This document shows positions 61,126-64,000 of a DNA stretch of 64,000 nt, piece after piece. The position numbers were made by a program, and so were the translations under genes. How positions within the stretch are numbered: the first letter of the stretch is position 1; each line of letters begins with the position of its first letter. Source of the stretch: an uncultured Candidatus Binatia bacterium (GTDB taxonomy: Bacteria; Desulfobacterota; Binatia; UBA9968; JAJDTQ01); the NCBI GenBank assembly GCA_965261895.1, contig OZ253480.1, positions 173,276 to 237,275 on the forward strand, read 5' to 3'. A model generated the notes under the pieces. The model worked only from the letters and a program-made list of their open reading frames with translations, ran no database searches and had not been told where the DNA came from.

Positions 61126-63183
61126 TCAGGCGATACCGAGCCAGACGAACAACTCCCCCGGCGGGAAAGGCAGGTGCAGCACGTAGTCGAAAAGGCCGTA
61201 GAAGAAGGTCCAGGCCACCGCCGTCAGAATCACGCTGATGCCCCACCTTTCACCGGCCCCCAGCTTGAGGTAGAGCAGCGTCGCCACCGCTGACGTGGTG
61301 ACGAAACCGAGGAACCAGATCATCAGGAAGAATCCCGCCGTCCAGCCGACGATGGCCGCGGTGCGGCGGCGGACGGCGGCGCGCTCGGCTGCGACCGCTG
61401 CGGTCACTGCAACCGCCGCCGGCGCCGGACTGCGGTACTCCTGAACCAACGCCATAAGCGCAAACGCGAGACTCGGGATACCCACGGCCAACGGGAAAAG
61501 GGCTGCAGACTTCTCCAACGCGCCGAAACCGTACAGGGCCTCGTCGAGCACGTAGAGGAAAATCACCACGAAAAACAGGGCGAAGAGCAGGCGCGCCCAC
61601 TTGGACGTGGCTTCCATTCCCTCCGGCGCGGCGCCCCCGTACCCTTCCGCGGGCTTGGCCTCCCCTTCCCCTCGTCGGAGCCGCTGCCACAAGGGGAACA
61701 GCAGTGCCCCGGCGATCATGAGCCCGATGATGATCACGCCGGGCCGCGTCACCCAACTCATGCCGTAGATCTTCGTGGTCAGGAACAGGTTATCGCCGGC
61801 GATGCCCCCCAGCACGAGCCCCAGCAGCAACGGAGGGCGCTGCCAGTCGTAGCGCACCATCATCCAGCCCAAGGCGCCGAACAGCAGCACGACGATCATG
61901 TCGCCGAAGCTGTTCTTGACGGCAAAGCCGCCCAAATAGACGAGCAGCAGGAGGAAAGGAATGAGATAGGCACCCTTGACGAAGGTGATCCTGGCCAACT
62001 GCTTGAGAAAAAGGAGGCTGACGGCAACCGTGATCACGTTGGAAAGGACGATGATCCAGACGAAGGAGAACGTCAGGGTCAAGTGCTTTTGTGGGTCCAG
62101 CAGGTCCGGACCGGGAACGATGCCCTGAATGATGAACGCTCCAAGCAGGATGGCCATGCCGACGCTGCCGGGCACGCCGAAGGCGATGGTGGGAACGAGG
62201 GATCCCCCCTCCTTGGAATTGTTGGCGGCGCCGGGGCCGAGGACTCCTTCCACCGCACCCTGGCCGAAGGGAGTCTGGTCCGTGCCGCTCTGGACCGCGT
62301 GGGCGTAGGCGATCCACTGGGCCGGCCCGCCGCCCATGCCGGGAATGAGGCCGATGTAGGTGCCGATGGCGCTGCATCGGAGCACCAGCTTCCAGTGCCG
62401 GAAGGTGTCCCGGATACCTTCCATGACCCCGCCCAGTTTGCTCGGAGTATCCCGGGCGATGCTGCTCCCCTGAATCCCCAGGTCGATGATCTCCGGGATG
62501 GCGAAGAGTCCCACGGTGACCGCCACCAGAGAAAGACCGTCCCACAGGAACAGCACGTTCTGGCTGCCGAGGATGGGCTCCAAGGTGTAACGGGACACGC
62601 TGGTGATGGCGTCGAGCCCCACCATGGCCAGAACCAGGCCGAACCCGCCGGCGGTGAGTCCCTTGCACAGATTGCCGCCGCTCAAGGATGCCAGGAAGGT
62701 GATGCCCAGGAGGCTGAGCATCAGGAACTCGGGCGCGCCGATGGAGAGCACTAGGGGCTGGACGATGGGGATGGCCAGGGCCAGGGCAAAGGCGCCGAAG
62801 ATGGCGCCCACCAGGGAGCTCATGAGCGCGGCCCCCAGGGCGCGCCCGGCTTCCCCGCGCTTGGCCATGGCATGGCCATCGACGACGGTGGCCGCGGTGA
62901 TGCCCTCGCCGGGAACCCCGAACAGCACCGAGGTGATGTCGCCGGTGGTGGCGGTGACCGCGTGGCTGCCCAGCAGGAACGCGAACGCCGTGGTGGGGTC
63001 CATCGTGTAGATGAACGGCAGCATCAGGGCCAGTGTAGTGGCCCCGCCAAGTCCCGGCAGGATCCCCACCACAAAGCCGATGGCGATGCCCACCAGCATG
63101 AACACGAAGGGTTCCTGTCCGGCCGCCGAAAAAGGCAGCACGACCGCGAGGCCGGCGAACAGGGAGCCGAAGTAGTCAAGCAT
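61126..63183 (-). CDS. tctA: Tripartite tricarboxylate transporter permease TctA with a C-terminal TctB-like extension (685 aa)
   Basis: The N-terminal ~500 aa are TctA-like (…GILPGLGGATTLALMLPF…GVPGEGITAATV…). The last ~180 aa add about four further hydrophobic helices after a charged linker (RRGEGEAKPAEGYGG…). The TctB call is an inference. Confidence 0.8.
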   Translation of the reverse strand: MLDYFGSLFAGLAVVLPFSAAGQEPFVFMLVGIAIGFVVGILPGLGGATTLALMLPFIYTMDPTTAFAFLLGSHAVTATTGDITSVLFGVPGEGITAATVVDGHAMAKRGEAGRALGAALMSSLVGAIFGAFALALAIPIVQPLVLSIGAPEFLMLSLLGITFLASLSGGNLCKGLTAGGFGLVLAMVGLDAITSVSRYTLEPILGSQNVLFLWDGLSLVAVTVGLFAIPEIIDLGIQGSSIARDTPSKLGGVMEGIRDTFRHWKLVLRCSAIGTYIGLIPGMGGGPAQWIAYAHAVQSGTDQTPFGQGAVEGVLGPGAANNSKEGGSLVPTIAFGVPGSVGMAILLGAFIIQGIVPGPDLLDPQKHLTLTFSFVWIIVLSNVITVAVSLLFLKQLARITFVKGAYLIPFLLLLVYLGGFAVKNSFGDMIVVLLFGALGWMMVRYDWQRPPLLLGLVLGGIAGDNLFLTTKIYGMSWVTRPGVIIIGLMIAGALLFPLWQRLRRGEGEAKPAEGYGGAAPEGMEATSKWARLLFALFFVVIFLYVLDEALYGFGALEKSAALFPLAVGIPSLAFALMALVQEYRSPAPAAVAVTAAVAAERAAVRRRTAAIVGWTAGFFLMIWFLGFVTTSAVATLLYLKLGAGERWGISVILTAVAWTFFYGLFDYVLHLPFPPGELFVWLGIA

Positions 63184-63288
63184 GGCGGAATCTTGGATGT
63201 ACGACGCTTAAGTCATGCTTCGAGTGGGCATCGGGGGTCTCGGATACCAAATCTTAAACATTCAATTCTGACTCATAACTCTTTAACT

Positions 63289-64000
63289 TCACCATGGTTC
63301 CAGTGCGGCCGCGTTGCGGCCGGCGATGCGTCCGGTGACGAAGCACTCCGTGATGTTTCCCGCCTCCAGGTACAGATGGCCGAAGGACGAGCCGCACTCG
63401 CCGGCGGAGAAGAGCCGCCGGATGGGCTCGTGGCGCACGTCCATCACGTGCTGCTCGCCGTCGTGCACCGGTCCGCCCTGGGTGTTGGAGACGATGGGCC
63501 AGACTTCCATCAGGTAGAAGGGAGGCGTGTCGATGGACAGCCGGGTGCCGGGCAGGCGGTGGTACCGGTCGGTCTCGCCGCTGGCGCACACCTGGTTCCA
63601 TTCATCCACCGTGGCGGTGAGTAGCGCAGCATCCGCGGCGGGGATTATCCCGGCGATCTCCTCGAGGCTGTCGGCCTTCCGTATCCATCCCCGCTCCACT
63701 TCCGCCAGGTTGTCCTCGCTCCAGTCGTAGGACACGTTCTCGTCGTGCACCGTGGGCTGTCCCACCGGCCCCAGCTTGCGGCCCTTCTCGTCGAACACCA
63801 GGTAGGCGGGGATGCGCGGGAACTCCTGCTTGTCGGCGTCGTAGAACTCCAGCGCCCGATGGCCGGTGTCCTGGACCGCCGGCGGATATTCGTTCATGAA
63901 CCGGCGCCCGTACTTGTCCACCGCGATCCAGGGCATGACCCAGTCGTCCTTGCGCGGCCCCCTGAAGCAGTGGCGGAAGGCCAGCGGGAACTCCGGGTAC
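63289..64000 (-). CDS. FAD-dependent oxidoreductase, C-terminal part (N-terminus beyond the window end)
   Basis: …PWIAVDKYGRRFMNEYPPAVQD…YDWSEDNLAEVERGWIRKADSLEEIAG…FYLMEVWPIVSNTQGGPVHD…LFSAGECG… is collinear with residues ~300-518 of 59534..61090. Confidence 0.8.
   Translation of the reverse strand, partial: YPEFPLAFRHCFRGPRKDDWVMPWIAVDKYGRRFMNEYPPAVQDTGHRALEFYDADKQEFPRIPAYLVFDEKGRKLGPVGQPTVHDENVSYDWSEDNLAEVERGWIRKADSLEEIAGIIPAADAALLTATVDEWNQVCASGETDRYHRLPGTRLSIDTPPFYLMEVWPIVSNTQGGPVHDGEQHVMDVRHEPIRRLFSAGECGSSFGHLYLEAGNITECFVTGRIAGRNAAALEPW

Overview
This is a high-GC bacterial chromosomal segment (above 60% GC by eye) made up mostly of catabolic and transport operons. These include two peptide/nickel-type ABC importers (1-5300 and 33283-38921, minus strand) and a NitT/TauT-type ABC importer (12910-16331). 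There are also TTT-family genes (tctC 49226-50263; a tctA with a TctB-like tail 61126-63183), two UbiD-family decarboxylases and an LLM/F420-type oxidoreductase. A coxM-coxS-coxL-like molybdoenzyme operon lies at 53947-57964, with an orphan Mo-subunit gene at 5480-7747. A cobalt-type nitrile hydratase with an unusual subunit layout is followed by an isochorismatase-like hydrolase (44321-46200), and there is a split Fe-S hydro-lyase pair.

The core is interrupted at 20676-30900 by an AT-shifted, heavily decayed mobile island that ends at tRNA-Arg(CCT). The island holds three complete type II TA pairs (RelE/ParE-XRE, HigBA, VapBC) and a stand-alone 500-aa zinc-ribbon-NTD + RES-domain protein. 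It also holds two frameshifted copies of a phage terminase large-subunit N-terminal half, a defective IS3 element, an IS1-family shell carrying a J-domain membrane protein, an IS5-like fragment, and a displaced divergent duplicate of the 3' end of the flanking hydrolase gene.

Other notable points:
- A translationally coupled ParA-like ATPase + AlbA_2/HATPase_c_4 gene pair (7839-10012).
- An rve-type IS directly upstream of the nitrile hydratase.
- A DinJ-YafQ pair next to a DNA-methyltransferase remnant.
- At least five families of intergenic palindromic repeats, including a nested-hairpin element with variable internal tandem arrays that occurs three times inside operons.

No rRNA, CRISPR array or cas genes were seen. 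Many long ORFs in the supplied track are antisense shadows typical of high-GC DNA. The best candidates for an undescribed system are the solo NTD-RES gene inside the island and the ParA-like/AlbA_2 pair. Neither can be proven from sequence alone.
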